From: Selaginella moellendorffii
Lineage: Eukaryota; Plantae; Lycopodiophyta
NCBI RefSeq assembly: GCF_000143415.4
Contig: NW_003314302.1
Coordinates: forward strand, 995,820 to 1,059,819
Reading direction: 5' to 3'
DNA: 64,000 nucleotides
Shown here: positions 37,764 through 49,640 of the stretch, piece after piece
Position numbering within the stretch: position 1 is the stretch's first letter
How the letters are laid out: each line of letters opens with the position of its first letter
Program-made: the position numbers and the translations under genes
The notes under the pieces: model-generated
What the model was told of the DNA's origin: nothing
The model's input: the letters and a program-made list of their open reading frames with translations, nothing else
Database searches by the model: none

Positions 37764-38261
37764 GAACAATGATATATTTATTAATATTGATTTATTATGT
37801 TTATTATTCACCTTTTATTTTATTTTCCTTTAATGTTGGGACAGGAAAAAATACAAAAAAAAATTTGTCAGTTCTTAAGATTCCAGTACCCCACCGCTCA
37901 CAGTGGAATGCGATTATTATTCCATATCTCTCTGGATAAGAATCCAGTAAAACATTTTAATAGTGGGAGTATTTCCAATTTATTATCGCAAAGCATGATG
38001 CTGCTAGACTGGACCCTGCAATGTGATGGATTGAAATTTATCGATGCTGTGTCATTCGAGCTTTCCAGTTTGCTTCCCAGAGTGTCCCATCCAATTTTTG
38101 GAGATTTTTTTTAAGGCTATGGCCGCCCTTTCTTTGTGAGCAGTAGCCAAACTATCATGACGACGATTGGCGAGCTCTTTACGCTGTTTATAATTCAATT
38201 GTTTTGGATATTTAATCAAAAGGAATTCATAGGAAAAGTTTGAGATGCTTGCACAAGGGGT

Positions 38262-38925
38262 TTAGACCGTAACACTAAACACAGATGCTGCTGGTGCTTT
38301 AGGTGCTGCTTCTTCAACTGCTGCTGGTGGATCTTCCAAGCTCAGCTCTTTGGTTTTCTCCTCCAGCTCAGGTGTAGCAGCTGGAGGAGCAGCTTCTTCA
38401 CTTGGAACTTCAGGAGCAGCCACTTCTTTTGCAGCTGGAGCTGATGCTTCCTCAGCTGACGGAGCCACTTCCTCAGCTGGAGGCACTTTTTCAGCTGGAG
38501 TTGGAGTTGGAGTTGTTACTTCTTCAGCTGGAGCTGGAGTTGGAGTTGGGGGAGGAACGTCCTTTACCTAGACAATAAAAATAAGTTCAAAGAACAGCAA
38601 AAGAGGAAACATGTTGTTAAACGATGTCAAGAATCTTAAAACCAGTCAAGCAGCTCAACAATGATCAAGGGGAGTATATCAGGGGATATTCGGTTCCAGG
38701 TCAGTCTCTCTCGAGTTAGAGTCATTTATCTTCCTGTTTCTTTGGAACGATGGTCGATCCACCAAAGAACTGATTGAGATCGGGGCCAGATCCAGAGAGT
38801 GGGGAGCCAAGGAAGTAAAAGGGAGGAATGAATCGAAAGAATCAAACAGAGCTCTCGAGCAAAAGAAGAGGAAGATCATCTCACTCTCATTCTCACAGAT
38901 CTGTGCTTGCCTCTTCAGAGCTCAT
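38262..38925 (-). CDS. Small Ala/Glu/Pro-rich disordered protein (exons 38911-38925 and 38262-38567; GC-AG intron)
   Basis: MSSEE|VKDVPPPTPTPAPAEE... Donor AG/GCAAG, acceptor CTAG, TATA box at ~39039-39046 on the minus strand. Confidence 0.65.
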
Positions 38926-39029
38926 TGTCAAAACTCTGGGATGGATCGATGGATCGGCGAGGAGAGCGAGCGAAGAAGCGAGCGAGGAAGAACCAAGAGA
39001 AAACGCTGCCCCTGTGTAGTGAACATACA

Positions 39030-39362
39030 TGATAGAGATTTATATACAAGCAGCAAAAACCCAGGCAGTAAAAACTCGAGGTGAAAACCCGGGGTAAAAA
39101 CTCACCAGCCGGTTACCATTCACGTAAGGTTAAGCGGTCCTTTCGAGAATGGGCGGTGACCTGTTTTTCCCAAAAGCTGGAATCTCCAGCAAAAAGCCCC
39201 GTCCCAATCCCTATATTTTATTTCCAGCCAAGTCTTGCCGCCATTGTGGGCCACGTGTCAGTACAGTGAATGGACTACAGCGCTGTATGATGACGCCACG
39301 TGGGTACCCATGTGGGCGCCCACCTGGCATAATGTTTAGCTGGCTCTCAGCTTACGTGTCAT
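39030..39362 (-). promoter_or_regulatory. TATA box plus cluster of ABRE/G-box elements
   Basis: GCCACGTGTC (~39250), GACGCCACGTGG (~39292), TACGTGTC (~39353) and CACGTA (39121), upstream of TATATAAA. Confidence 0.55.
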
Positions 39363-39675
39363 AATGTAGGGTTCTTGGTGGATTCTCCAAGCTCGATGGC
39401 CATTGGAATCCCTTCGTCAGTAAGATATTTCTCATTCTTGACAAGATCTCTGGAATCTGTGACGTAATCCATTGTTTCTTGCTGGATCTCTATCTCTTCT
39501 ACTCTCTTATCTCTTTGTGAAATCTTTTGGATCTCGGATCTCTCTCGAAATATCCCTCAGTCTCTTCGATTTCTATCCATCTCTGGATCTATTGGATTCT
39601 TGCATTGATCTCTTAGCAGTCTTGCGTGAAATCTCTTGAATCTCTATCCAATCCCTCTCGAAACATCGCTCAATC

Positions 39676-41718
39676 TTATCCACCTCCGTCTTGGATTCCA
39701 ATGCCGTGCTCCTCCTTGAGGCATCCATCCGCCATCAATCCTCTCAGCGCCTCGCCATCTCCCCGGCGGTCAGAAGCAGCGTAAGTGCTCGAGAGAGCGA
39801 TGACAGCCGCGGTAGTCTTCTCATCCAGGCCGAGAATCTGCGCTGCCGCTCTCTGCCCGCGACTGATATCCTCGTACGTCTTGCAGCCCGCCAGGAACGC
39901 CATCCATACCGCCGGGGTGGGCTTAAACGGCATGGAATCGATCACACACTCGGCCTCCTCCAGCCGCCCCGCCCGAGCGAGCAGATCCACAATGCACCCA
40001 CAGTGCTCCAGCGTCAGCTCGATCCCCTCCCGGTGATCCTTCCGCAACCTCGTCACGAACTCTTTCCCGAGATCCACCATCCCGGCATGGCTGCAAGCCG
40101 CGACGACGCTCACGAAAGTCACGTCCACCGGCCTCACTCCCTCGAGCTGCATGGCGCAAAAGAGCCTGGCGGCGCTGGATCCGTCACCATTCTGGGCAGT
40201 CGCGGCGATGATCGACGTCCACGAAACCACGTCCGGCTGCTCCAGCTCTCCAAAGATCCTGGCCGCCACCTCGAGGCTCCCACACTTCCCATACATGTCG
40301 AGCAGCGCCGTGGCCACCATCGAGCTCGATCTCTCCAGCTGATAGCCAATGACGCAGTCGTGGACCCATCGCCCTTCCTTGATCGCGCTCGCGCCCGCGC
40401 AAGCATTCACCACCGTGATCAAGGTAACTTCGTTCGCTCTCACGCCCTCTAGCAGCATCTCCCGGAAGAGCTGGACGCATCGCTTGATCCGCCCAAACTC
40501 CGCAAACGCCGAGATCATTGTCGTCCACGAGACGTGATCCCGCCTCTCCTTTATCTCCACGAACGTCCGGTACGCTTCTTTCAAGCTCCCACACCTCGCG
40601 TAGGCTCTGATGATCGCGTTGCTCACAGCAGTGTCGGAGTCGCAGCCACCCCGGATGATACACCCGTGGATCCACCGCGCGGTCGCGGCGCTGGAGCAGG
40701 CATTGATCACGGTGATGAACGCGATCGAGTCGGGCTCCACGCCGTCGTCCTCCATGTCCCGGAACAGCCGCAGCGCGTCGTCGTGCCGCCCGGCCCTCAC
40801 CATCGCCGCCATCATGGCTGTCCACGAGACCGCGTTCCTCACGGGCATCCTCTCGAAGAGCTCGCTGGCGGTCTCGAATCGCCCGGCCTTGGCATGCATG
40901 TTGAGGATCGCGTTGCAAACCGGGACATCGGATCGAAGCCCACTGGCAAAAGCTCGCTCGTGGATCGCCGCTCCCTCGCCCGGATCATCGCACCAGGCCA
41001 GCAGCTCGAGGAGAGTGATCCGGTTCGGCCGCGTCCCCTGGAGCTGCATCCTCCGGAAGAGACCCATCGCGGCTGGAAAGTCCCCGGCCCTGGCATTTGC
41101 TGCGATGATCGAGGTCCACGACACCACGTCCCTGTGATCCATGGCTTCGAAAACCCGAGTAGCGTCGGCGAGGCTGGAGCACGCCGCGTACATCTTCATC
41201 AGCGCGTTCGCCACCACCAGGTCGGTATCATAGCCCGTCTCTTGGATTCTGACGTGAATTCTCCTTCCCTGTTCCAGATCCTGGATCGCGCCCAGCACCG
41301 CCACATACGTGATCTTGTCCGGGAGGACGTGGTTTCTCTCCATCTCTGCAAAAAACTGGATCGCCCGCGAGAAGTCTCCATGCTTGGCGTAGCCCGTGAT
41401 CATGGCTGTCCAGATGACCACCCCGGTTTTCTTCGTGGTGGCGGCGAAGGAGTCTTGAGCGTCGGCCATGCTGCCCAGGCGGACGAAGGTCTGGACGATG
41501 TGCCTTGCCAGCGATGGATGGTGGTCGAGGACATTGTCGCGGGTGGCGTATTGGCGGATCCGGCGGGCGTCCGCCAGTGTCCCGCAGCCGCGGAGGAGGT
41601 CCGAGTAGAGCACTGGGCTGCCGGAGATGGATCCATTGTCGAGAGCCGCTAGAGTTTCCTGGACCGCATTGATGGTGGCGGTGTAGCCTCTTTTGCTGCT
41701 TGGCCAGTGGAGCTTCAT
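39676..41718 (-). CDS. PLS-class PPR protein with E domain
   Basis: 680-aa intronless ORF with DVVSWT and ALLDMYGKCG motifs and HCGCIVDLLARAGRL. Confidence 0.95.
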   Translation of the reverse strand: MKLHWPSSKRGYTATINAVQETLAALDNGSISGSPVLYSDLLRGCGTLADARRIRQYATRDNVLDHHPSLARHIVQTFVRLGSMADAQDSFAATTKKTGVVIWTAMITGYAKHGDFSRAIQFFAEMERNHVLPDKITYVAVLGAIQDLEQGRRIHVRIQETGYDTDLVVANALMKMYAACSSLADATRVFEAMDHRDVVSWTSIIAANARAGDFPAAMGLFRRMQLQGTRPNRITLLELLAWCDDPGEGAAIHERAFASGLRSDVPVCNAILNMHAKAGRFETASELFERMPVRNAVSWTAMMAAMVRAGRHDDALRLFRDMEDDGVEPDSIAFITVINACSSAATARWIHGCIIRGGCDSDTAVSNAIIRAYARCGSLKEAYRTFVEIKERRDHVSWTTMISAFAEFGRIKRCVQLFREMLLEGVRANEVTLITVVNACAGASAIKEGRWVHDCVIGYQLERSSSMVATALLDMYGKCGSLEVAARIFGELEQPDVVSWTSIIAATAQNGDGSSAARLFCAMQLEGVRPVDVTFVSVVAACSHAGMVDLGKEFVTRLRKDHREGIELTLEHCGCIVDLLARAGRLEEAECVIDSMPFKPTPAVWMAFLAGCKTYEDISRGQRAAAQILGLDEKTTAAVIALSSTYAASDRRGDGEALRGLMADGCLKEEHGIGIQDGGG

Positions 41719-42170
41719 TCCTTGAGGTGGAGTAGCCGCGGCATTATCGATCGATGATTCACTATCGTCCTCTCTGGAAAGAAAATAGGAGTGCTGTAAG
41801 TAAACACGATGAAGAGGAACATCAACCTCTCTCTATATACTCTCGCTTGTCCTTGGCCCTCCATTCTCTGTTCTCTTGGCTGTACCCAACAAACCAAAAG
41901 AAGGCACAGCAATGGAATGCGAAGCTCGACTCACTGGTCAAAGAATCGCTTCATGCTCTGCAAGTACCCCTCAAAAACGAGCTTCATGTGACTAATAGCG
42001 ATCTCATTCTATTGAAGAATGGAAACTAAGTTCTTGCCTGGGATCTTTAGCTTTAGATGGGATTAAATGCCGGCTATCTTTTGGGAGATTTCCAATCAGT
42101 CCATTCCTGAGGAGAGAAGAAAAAAAGAAACTGTAAATGAATGTACTCCAAAAAGTGATTGCCTACCAGA

Positions 42171-44522
42171 TCAAATCAAATGCCGGAGTTGCTGGTTCTC
42201 CTTTCGAAGCGCTTGAAGTTCCTCCATCATTTCAGCTTGCTTCGCGACTAGCTTTTCCACACAGGACGCCGTCTCCGTCTGCCAAAGGTAAAAGGAAATC
42301 ATGGAAACAAAGTAAGAAAAAAAGTGAGAGTATCAACAAAGTAACAACCTGTTGGATGTGAAACTGGCGTATGAGCTCTAGGTGAAGGTTTTGCACGTCC
42401 TCGTGTATGGCTCGCTGGACGGAGCCAAGGCTTTCCTCGAGAGCACGTTGCACAAGCTGGAGCGCGAACGAAGACGAGGACGGCTGTGGAGGTGAAACTC
42501 TTGAGGGAGGCGAGTTTGGTGACGACGCCGAGAGCCTTGGAGGAAGTTCTAGAGCCAAGCCTTTAACAGCCGCCAGATGCTCTCTAGCTTTGGTGAGTCG
42601 AGTTTGATGATCGTTTGGAGACAGTTCTGCTGCATTGCTAGCCTCAACACGCGGAGACGTGGTAGGATGTTCGTCCTGTAGGAGGAACGTAAAAGTGAAA
42701 CACACACAATGGAAGAGTAGTCAACTACTTACTTGATGCGAGGTTTGCTGGAATTCGTCTGAGTTTGCTATTGCCGAGGGAGGAGATGGCTTCTTTGTTT
42801 CGCCGAGTCCGTCAATGAACGAAGAGAGAGGTTGAACTATCGGTTGCACGTCCACGAGAGGAGAAAAAACCTCCATGTCGTCAACACCGCTCGGGGTAGC
42901 CTTCGACGAGTGAAGGATGAAAGAACCACTATTGGACCACACGCTCTGGTTTGATGATTCTTCTGCCGCTGCTGCATTCCTTGGATTTGCCACAGTCAGC
43001 GATTCAGGCCGTCCAAAAGAAGGTCTATTTCTTCCGGAAGCGGGAAGTGGATCAGGCATTATGGCCGGAGTCTCCTCTCCATTGGCACCGAGCAAAGCCA
43101 CGTCAGGCGACCAGCTTGAGGTGCTTATTGGAACCGGGTTTGTCCGTTGCCAGCATACACTTGCAACAGCCTAAAGAAGTCAACAGTGTCACAAGTTGAA
43201 AACGAATAGACCGTCGCACCTCAGATGGATTAAAAGCTCGAAGAACAGCCATGGGTTGGACTTTGGTACGGATGTCATAGAACATAATTCTCCCATTTGT
43301 AGTACCGGCTGCGACAGTCCAACCATCGTCTTTCAATGCTAAAGAAGAGAATGGCGCATCGCAAGAAAGAGAGTGGACAGCCTTCTTTACGCTGGTGTCG
43401 TAAGTATGCAATCTTTTATCAAAGCCCACGCTTACTATGACCTGGAAGGAGATCAGTCTCAGTCCATGACGACAAACTTCAACCTCATGCATACCTTTTC
43501 ATTTGAAAATGAGAAACCGACACCGCTTGCAGGTGCCAGATGTTGTCGAATCCATGAGGCCTATCAACGATGAGCAAAGAATAAATTGGCTGAAAAGCAT
43601 TAGATGAAGAAAGCGACTGACCGTACCTTTGGACTGCGTCCAGTAGTGTCCCAAAGATGCAATGACCCATCGTCCCCAGCAGTAACCAGAAGATTTCGGC
43701 TCGATCGAGAATACTCCAAGAGTCTCAAAACCTGCTCCAAAGAAACTCAGCAATTCCCTGCCACGAAAAACGCTCATGATGACCAAAGAGATACTCTACG
43801 ACCCGCTAGCATTGCAAAAAACTCTTGCAGGATACGAGACGCCGAAGAAAAACTCACCTGATTGAAGGGATCCTTCACTTCGGTGATTCGAGACCCGGAA
43901 GCAAGGCTGTAGATGATGAGATCACCCCTGGTACTGATGGACGCAAGGTGCTCGTCTTTGCAGTTATACATGACGCCAGTGATCGTGTCAGTGTGCCCCT
44001 TGAGCGATTTTATACACTTCTTCCTTTGCATGTCCCAGATTCGCACGACTTTCCCAGTTCCACCAGAGCAAAGATATCTCGATGACTTTGAGCTGAAGTT
44101 TATGGCCAGTATAGACTCCTGGAAGGCAAACGAAACACACAACAATCACGAGAAAGAAAGAAAAAATCCAAGAAACACATACGTCTAGAACATCGGCTGG
44201 ATCGGACTCTAGCTGCGGCACAGATCCTAGAAGCTTGCCTCCCTTGAGCCACAGCGAAATCCTGCGATCCTCCCCGGAGCTCGCCAGGACGTGATCTGGA
44301 AGCAAAGAAACATCGAAATATCACCAGGACGCGCAATGCAGGCAGCTAGAAGCCGCGAACTGAGATCTTACTGGTGTGATTCCATCGCAGAGCGTTAACC
44401 TGGACGCCGGGCGCCGGGAGGAACTGCGAGACGCAAGGATCCGCCCGGCCCTCGCTCGCGGCAGCGGCATCAAAGAGCTTCACATTGTCGCCCCCACACG
44501 CCGCGATCAGCCGCTGCTGCAT
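42171..44522 (-). CDS. NEDD1: NEDD1/GCP-WD gamma-tubulin ring complex targeting WD40 protein (multi-exon)
   Basis: [47 protein letters not shown]; C-terminal [20 protein letters not shown]...LRKENQQLR. Confidence 0.9.
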
Positions 44523-44707
44523 CGCCGCCTCGCGGATCCTCATCCACTTCGAAAAATCCCTCTCGCAACACTGGGAGAGAAAATAAGGGCTCCCGTTAAG
44601 AACCAAAACTATTTCCACCACCCCAGGAATCGAGCCTGAGACGTCCAAGAAGATAGACAAAGGAATCGAACCCAAAACCTGTTGGGACTTCAGATATTTC
44701 TCTCTCG

Positions 44708-45915
44708 TTACTTCTTCTTGCCCGCTTTGCCTTCTTTCCTCCTGATAACTTCGTCCGCGTATTTGATCCCTTTCCCCTTGTAAGGCTCTGGAGGTCTCCA
44801 CGATCTTATGATCGCCGCGAACTGGCCCACCGCGCACTTGTCTCTCCCCGAGACTGTGATGCGAGTGTTTTCTTCGACTTTGACGCTGATACCATCCGGG
44901 ATCTTGATCTTCACCGGGTGCGAGAAGCCGACGTTGAGGATGATCTCGGTGGGCTCGACCGTGGCACGGTAGCCGACCCCGACCATCTGGAGTTTCTTCT
45001 CGAAGCCTTGAGAGACGCCAACGACCATGTTGTCTGTGAGCGTTCTGGAGAAGGAAGAAACTTAGAAAGATGAGAGATGTCCAATGCAAATGCGAGAACA
45101 TCTAGATCTTAGAGCTGAGAAGCAAAAGAACTCGAAATCGGGAAAAAAAAAAGAAAAGCTGGAGACATTCAATGCAGCTAGAAAGTTCTAACGATTAAGA
45201 ATGCGTGGAAACAGGCAAGCTATGAAAGGAAAAAGAGTTTTGGAAAACTTGGAAAGATGAAAGATGTCCAATGCAAATGCCAGCACAAATGCTGGATCTA
45301 GAACTTAGAGCTCAAAAGTGCGAGATGGTAGAACTCGAATCGGGGAGAAACTGGAGAACTTCAATCCAGCAAGAAAGTTTTAACAAAAACTAGAACTCGA
45401 GATCGTGGAAAAACTGGAAAACTTCAATGCAGCTAGAAAGTTCTAACAAGAACAACGATTGAAAGCCAAGAACAATTGGAAACAGGCAAGCTATGAAAGA
45501 AAAAAAGAGCTTTGGAGAGAACCTGAAAAGGCCGTGCATTTGGCGAGCGCGCCGTGTTTCCAGAGCCCTGGTGACGACAATCCTCCCAGACTCATCCCTG
45601 GTGAGGCTGACCTCTCGCGGATAGTAGCGTGTCAGCTCTCCCAGCGGGCCCTTGACGGATAGATTCGGGCCTTGGAGCACCACATTCACCGATTTCGGCA
45701 CCTCAACCGGCCTCTTCCCGATCCTGGATTCCTTGCAAATCACTCTCAAAGGAAGATTGCCGCTGGCGCTGCTGCTGCTACTGCAAATACTGGCTCCCAA
45801 AGTCTCGCCGGAGAAATTACTCCGCAGGCCACTGCAGTACAGCCGCATTGCAAATCCGGAAGCTTGGAAGGCGAAAATCTTACCTCAGTGACAAGGCGCA
45901 GGATATTGCCGCCAT
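44708..45915 (-). CDS. RPL6: Plastid 50S ribosomal protein L6 (nuclear-encoded, with transit peptide)
   Basis: [10 protein letters not shown]...VKGPLGEL...MHGLFR|[14 protein letters not shown]...[13 protein letters not shown]. Confidence 0.93.
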
Positions 45916-45968
45916 GGCCGCGTCAAGAGCCCTAAATTTTCAAAGCGAAAGATTTGGTTAAGAAATTT

Positions 45969-46033
45969 TGCTCCCAGCGAGGTTTGAACTCGCGACCTTT
46001 GCCTCATAAGACCAACGCTGAGCTAAAGGGAGC
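45969..46033 (-). tRNA. tRNA-Ile(UAU)-derived sequence lacking the D-loop (probable pseudogene)
   Basis: GCTCCCTTTAGCTCAGCGTTGGTCTTATGAGGCAAAGGTCGCGAGTTCAAACCTCGCTGGGAGCA. Acceptor stem, TAT anticodon loop and T-arm are present, but ~9 nt of the D-arm are missing. Confidence 0.75.
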
Positions 46034-46105
46034 TTACCACTATAACCGCAATCCATAACCAACGTTGCCATGGAGTAAAAACGCCGAGAAGAAGACCTAG
46101 TAGCG

Positions 46106-46748
46106 ATGTCTGAGGAAGTTCCAGAGGTTAAAATCGACGTAAGTTTGCCACATTCTTCTGTTTAATCCTTTGTCCCCAAAGACAAACTTTCTTCCAGCCG
46201 AGGTTTCTTCCAGACGAGATCAATGGTATCATCAAAGACGCGCTGGATCAATCGCTCGGAAGCAACCAGTTTAGGCACGACAAGGTTTGCAACAAGCTCC
46301 CCAACTTTCTCGGACGGATCCAAACTCCATCCAAGAAAAAGATTTTCCAACTTTCTTGGAGGCATCACTGATCTTGGAAAACCCAAAACACAAAAGGTGA
46401 CGGATTGGACAACCAGCGTCTGCGAAGTTTGTCTCAACAATCTTGTCAAGCTTGACAAGCCCTTCAAATACGCCGGTGAGTAGAGAAACGAGCAAAATCT
46501 CCCCTCCTGATTAGCCACTAATCACCCACATTCTCTCCTTGTTTAAGTGACGTGCTTGATAATGCAGAAGAACGGTGCGGGGATGGTCACCGCCACATCC
46601 TGCTTCTGGGATACCGCGGCCGATGGTAGGCATATTCCTCGAATCTTTCCCAGAATTGAACACACCCGTCCGTACAGGGAGCAAAACCATACGGTGGGAG
46701 AACAAAACCATGTACTGCATTGTCACAGTCTTTGGCCTCCAGATCTAA
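46106..46748 (+). CDS. DYNLT: Tctex-1 family dynein light chain (5 exons)
   Basis: Spliced: ...[49 protein letters not shown]...[20 protein letters not shown]. Confidence 0.9.
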
Positions 46749-46850
46749 AATGTAAATACCATGTTACCATGGTAGTGAATATACTAGGAATATGCCAGCT
46801 ATTTAAATTGGTATATGCTTCCTTTGAGAAGAAACTTGGTCGATCGGATT

Positions 46851-48473
46851 TTACTTTTGCGAGTAGAGATTAGCAAGCATTACCATCGCCCTTCCATCGC
46901 CCGGATTAAATTCGAGGGCGATCTTGCTCGCCTCTCCTCCTCGCCGGATTTCTCTCTGGCTGCCGCAAGCGCCCACCAGGCACATCAATTCGATCCTGCT
47001 CGCCTCAAAGGGCATGCTCTCCGCGAGATCGATCGCGCTGTCCAGCCGACCCGATCGCGCCAGGAGATCGATCATGCAGCAGTAGTGCTGCTTGCTCGGC
47101 ACCAATCCAAAATCCAGACTCATGGACACAAAGCAATCCCTCCCTTGCTGGACCTTCCCGCCGTGGCCGCAAGCGATGAGCGCGGACACGATGCTGACGT
47201 CGTCGGGCGAGAAGAGCATCTTCATCTGGCCGTACACGTCAGCGGCTATCGAGCGGTCGGATTGGACATACGTGGCGAGAAGTGTGGTCCACGACGCGGC
47301 GTCAGTATCGGGCATCGTATCGAACAAACTCTTTAACTGAAACAAATGCCCTGTAGCGGCATTTGCTGCCAAGAGGATATTCCACGACACCTGGCTGTGA
47401 TCTGGCATATTCAGGAATAATTTTCTTGTGTGCTCTAATTTGCCTGATTGAGTGTATCCGGCCAAGAAAATATTCCATGAAGCGAGGCTCCACTCTGGTA
47501 GGCTGTAAAACATTCTCTCCGATTCCTCTAGATGCCCCGAACAAGCAAATGCAGAAAGCATAGAATTGTTAGAAATGATATCTTTGGGCAGAATTTTGTC
47601 AAAGAAGTCCTTTGCGGCTTCAAGATTTCCAGTTTGAGTGTAAAGATTTAGCATCAATGTCAAAGAGACGTTGCTGTGAGCAGGCATTTGATCAAAAAAA
47701 GATTTTGCCTTGCCAACATCTCCACTTTCGGCATAGCCAGAGAGCATGACGTTCATTGCCACCAGATTTCGTTGTGGCATTTTGTCATAAACCTCAATAG
47801 CTTTGACAAGATCATTCTCTCTTACGCAAATTGTAAGAATTGACACCCAGGAGATTAAATCCGCCTCTGGCATTTCCTTGAAGAACGCTTGCATCTGAGA
47901 AAACACTCCCATATGAATATGCGCTCCAAGCATTGCGTTAAAACACACAAGATTCCACTCAGGCATCACATTAAACACTTGTATTGCATTGCTTAAATCC
48001 ATCACCACGACATAAGCCGTGACCATACACGTCCATGACACGAGATTCCTTTCCGGCATGGCTTCAAAGATCCTCTCCGCTTCCCGAATATACCCAATCT
48101 GGGCATATGCGTTCAAGACACAAGTCCAAGAGATTAGATTCCTTCCAGGCATCAAGGCAAATATCTCTTCCATTGCCGGAATCAAACCCTCTCGCGCATA
48201 TGAAGCCAATATTCCATTCCAGGAAACCATGTCCAGCAGAGGCATGACATCAAATATCCTCTTCGCATATTCCAGATGCCCATTTCTGGCATATGCCGCG
48301 AATATGGCGTTCCACGCCACGAGGTTCCTCTCGGGCATTCCATCGAATATCCTCCGGGCACGCTCCAATTCGCCCACCCTGGAACTCGCAGTCAGCATCG
48401 AAACCCACGCGCATTGTTCTCTTGTCGCTAACACGGAGAGCATATGCCCCCCGGCAGGACGAATATGCGCCAC
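46851..48473 (-). CDS. PPR protein (short S/SS-type repeats + E domain); 5' end irregular, possibly a pseudogene
   Basis: Repeated MPERNLVSW motifs and [19 protein letters not shown]-like remnant lies upstream in another frame (~48540-48600). Confidence 0.8.
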   Translation of the reverse strand: MAHIRPAGGHMLSVLATREQCAWVSMLTASSRVGELERARRIFDGMPERNLVAWNAIFAAYARNGHLEYAKRIFDVMPLLDMVSWNGILASYAREGLIPAMEEIFALMPGRNLISWTCVLNAYAQIGYIREAERIFEAMPERNLVSWTCMVTAYVVVMDLSNAIQVFNVMPEWNLVCFNAMLGAHIHMGVFSQMQAFFKEMPEADLISWVSILTICVRENDLVKAIEVYDKMPQRNLVAMNVMLSGYAESGDVGKAKSFFDQMPAHSNVSLTLMLNLYTQTGNLEAAKDFFDKILPKDIISNNSMLSAFACSGHLEESERMFYSLPEWSLASWNIFLAGYTQSGKLEHTRKLFLNMPDHSQVSWNILLAANAATGHLFQLKSLFDTMPDTDAASWTTLLATYVQSDRSIAADVYGQMKMLFSPDDVSIVSALIACGHGGKVQQGRDCFVSMSLDFGLVPSKQHYCCMIDLLARSGRLDSAIDLAESMPFEASRIELMCLVGACGSQREIRRGGEASKIALEFNPGDGRAMVMLANLYSQK

Positions 48474-49229
48474 CTTTTAAATCCCGGTGCCACCCGCACG
48501 GGTGCACGCCGGGATCCGTGGCAGGATCCGCGGCGATGCTCCCATGCCCCGCATGGCCATAGATATATCCCGCAATGCCCATCATGAGCCATGACACGAC
48601 GTCTCAACCAGTCGGCGGTTCAATCCTCGCTGGGCGGCATTTAAAAATAGTCAAGTTCGGAGGGAGATCATTTTCATACAGTTGGAAGAAAGCAAGAAGA
48701 ACTCTTTGTCTTCCTTCAACACCGAAGGAAGTAAACAATGAAACCAAGCAAGGAAGAACTTCGATCAATCAGTCCAATCCCAACAACGATCCAATTTCTT
48801 GGAGAATAGAATTAGTTGGCTTGATTTGTCAAAATGCCCGGGAAAGGGATTTTGGGGTCACGCACACGTGTGCCCAGCGCACGTACATGGGCTGTTGGTG
48901 GCTGGCATTGGGATTTATGACCTAACTTGACCTAATTTGTAAAGCTTTGTCGCACACGTGGGCCACCCGGCCGCTTGGTCCGCCGATAATCTTTCTCTTT
49001 TGAAATGAATAGATTGATCGCGAGCGAGCGAACCGCATGTGTTGTAACGTGCAAGTTTTACTATAATCTATGTAATTTGATCAAGCCATTCATTTGACGC
49101 GATAGACAAAACAAATATATGCCATCTTGACTAGTCCAAGATTCTCGAGCTTGTGAATGTATTGCTATACTAATATATATTTTAAGGTCTCACTAAGAAG
49201 CACTACTATACTAATCGCGATAAATTTAA

Positions 49230-49640
49230 TCAAGACATGCTCTTGACAATGTTGGAGGGCGGGAATATTAACAAGACCCCATGCGGTGGACACGCTAACG
49301 TGTTGTTAACGATCTCCAGAGCTGCGGGGCAACGAAAGGATGCGTAGATTATAGAGCTCCATGCGTCCAAGTCATCGGCAGCGATGAAAGTCTTGGAATC
49401 TCTCAACATCTTTCCTTGGGCATTGAATGTGCGCCTTGCATAGTTTGCGCCCTCGCGATTAAACAAGACGTCCTCGCGATCAAACAACGATACTGGCAAA
49501 AAAATTGCTACTTTTACAAAGATCATGTGATCGCTGATTTTAAGTGTCTCTTTCTTTTCCAGCAAGATTTTCAGATGTATAGGAGAGCGTCCCGGCTCAT
49601 TATATATGATTTCTTCCTCCCCACACACAACACGGCTCAA
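49230..49640 (-). CDS. Hypothetical protein exon, unknown function
   Basis: 136-aa ORF with normal globular composition. No recognised motif. Confidence 0.3.
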   Translation of the reverse strand: MSRVVCGEEEIIYNEPGRSPIHLKILLEKKETLKISDHMIFVKVAIFLPVSLFDREDVLFNREGANYARRTFNAQGKMLRDSKTFIAADDLDAWSSIIYASFRCPAALEIVNNTLACPPHGVLLIFPPSNIVKSMS

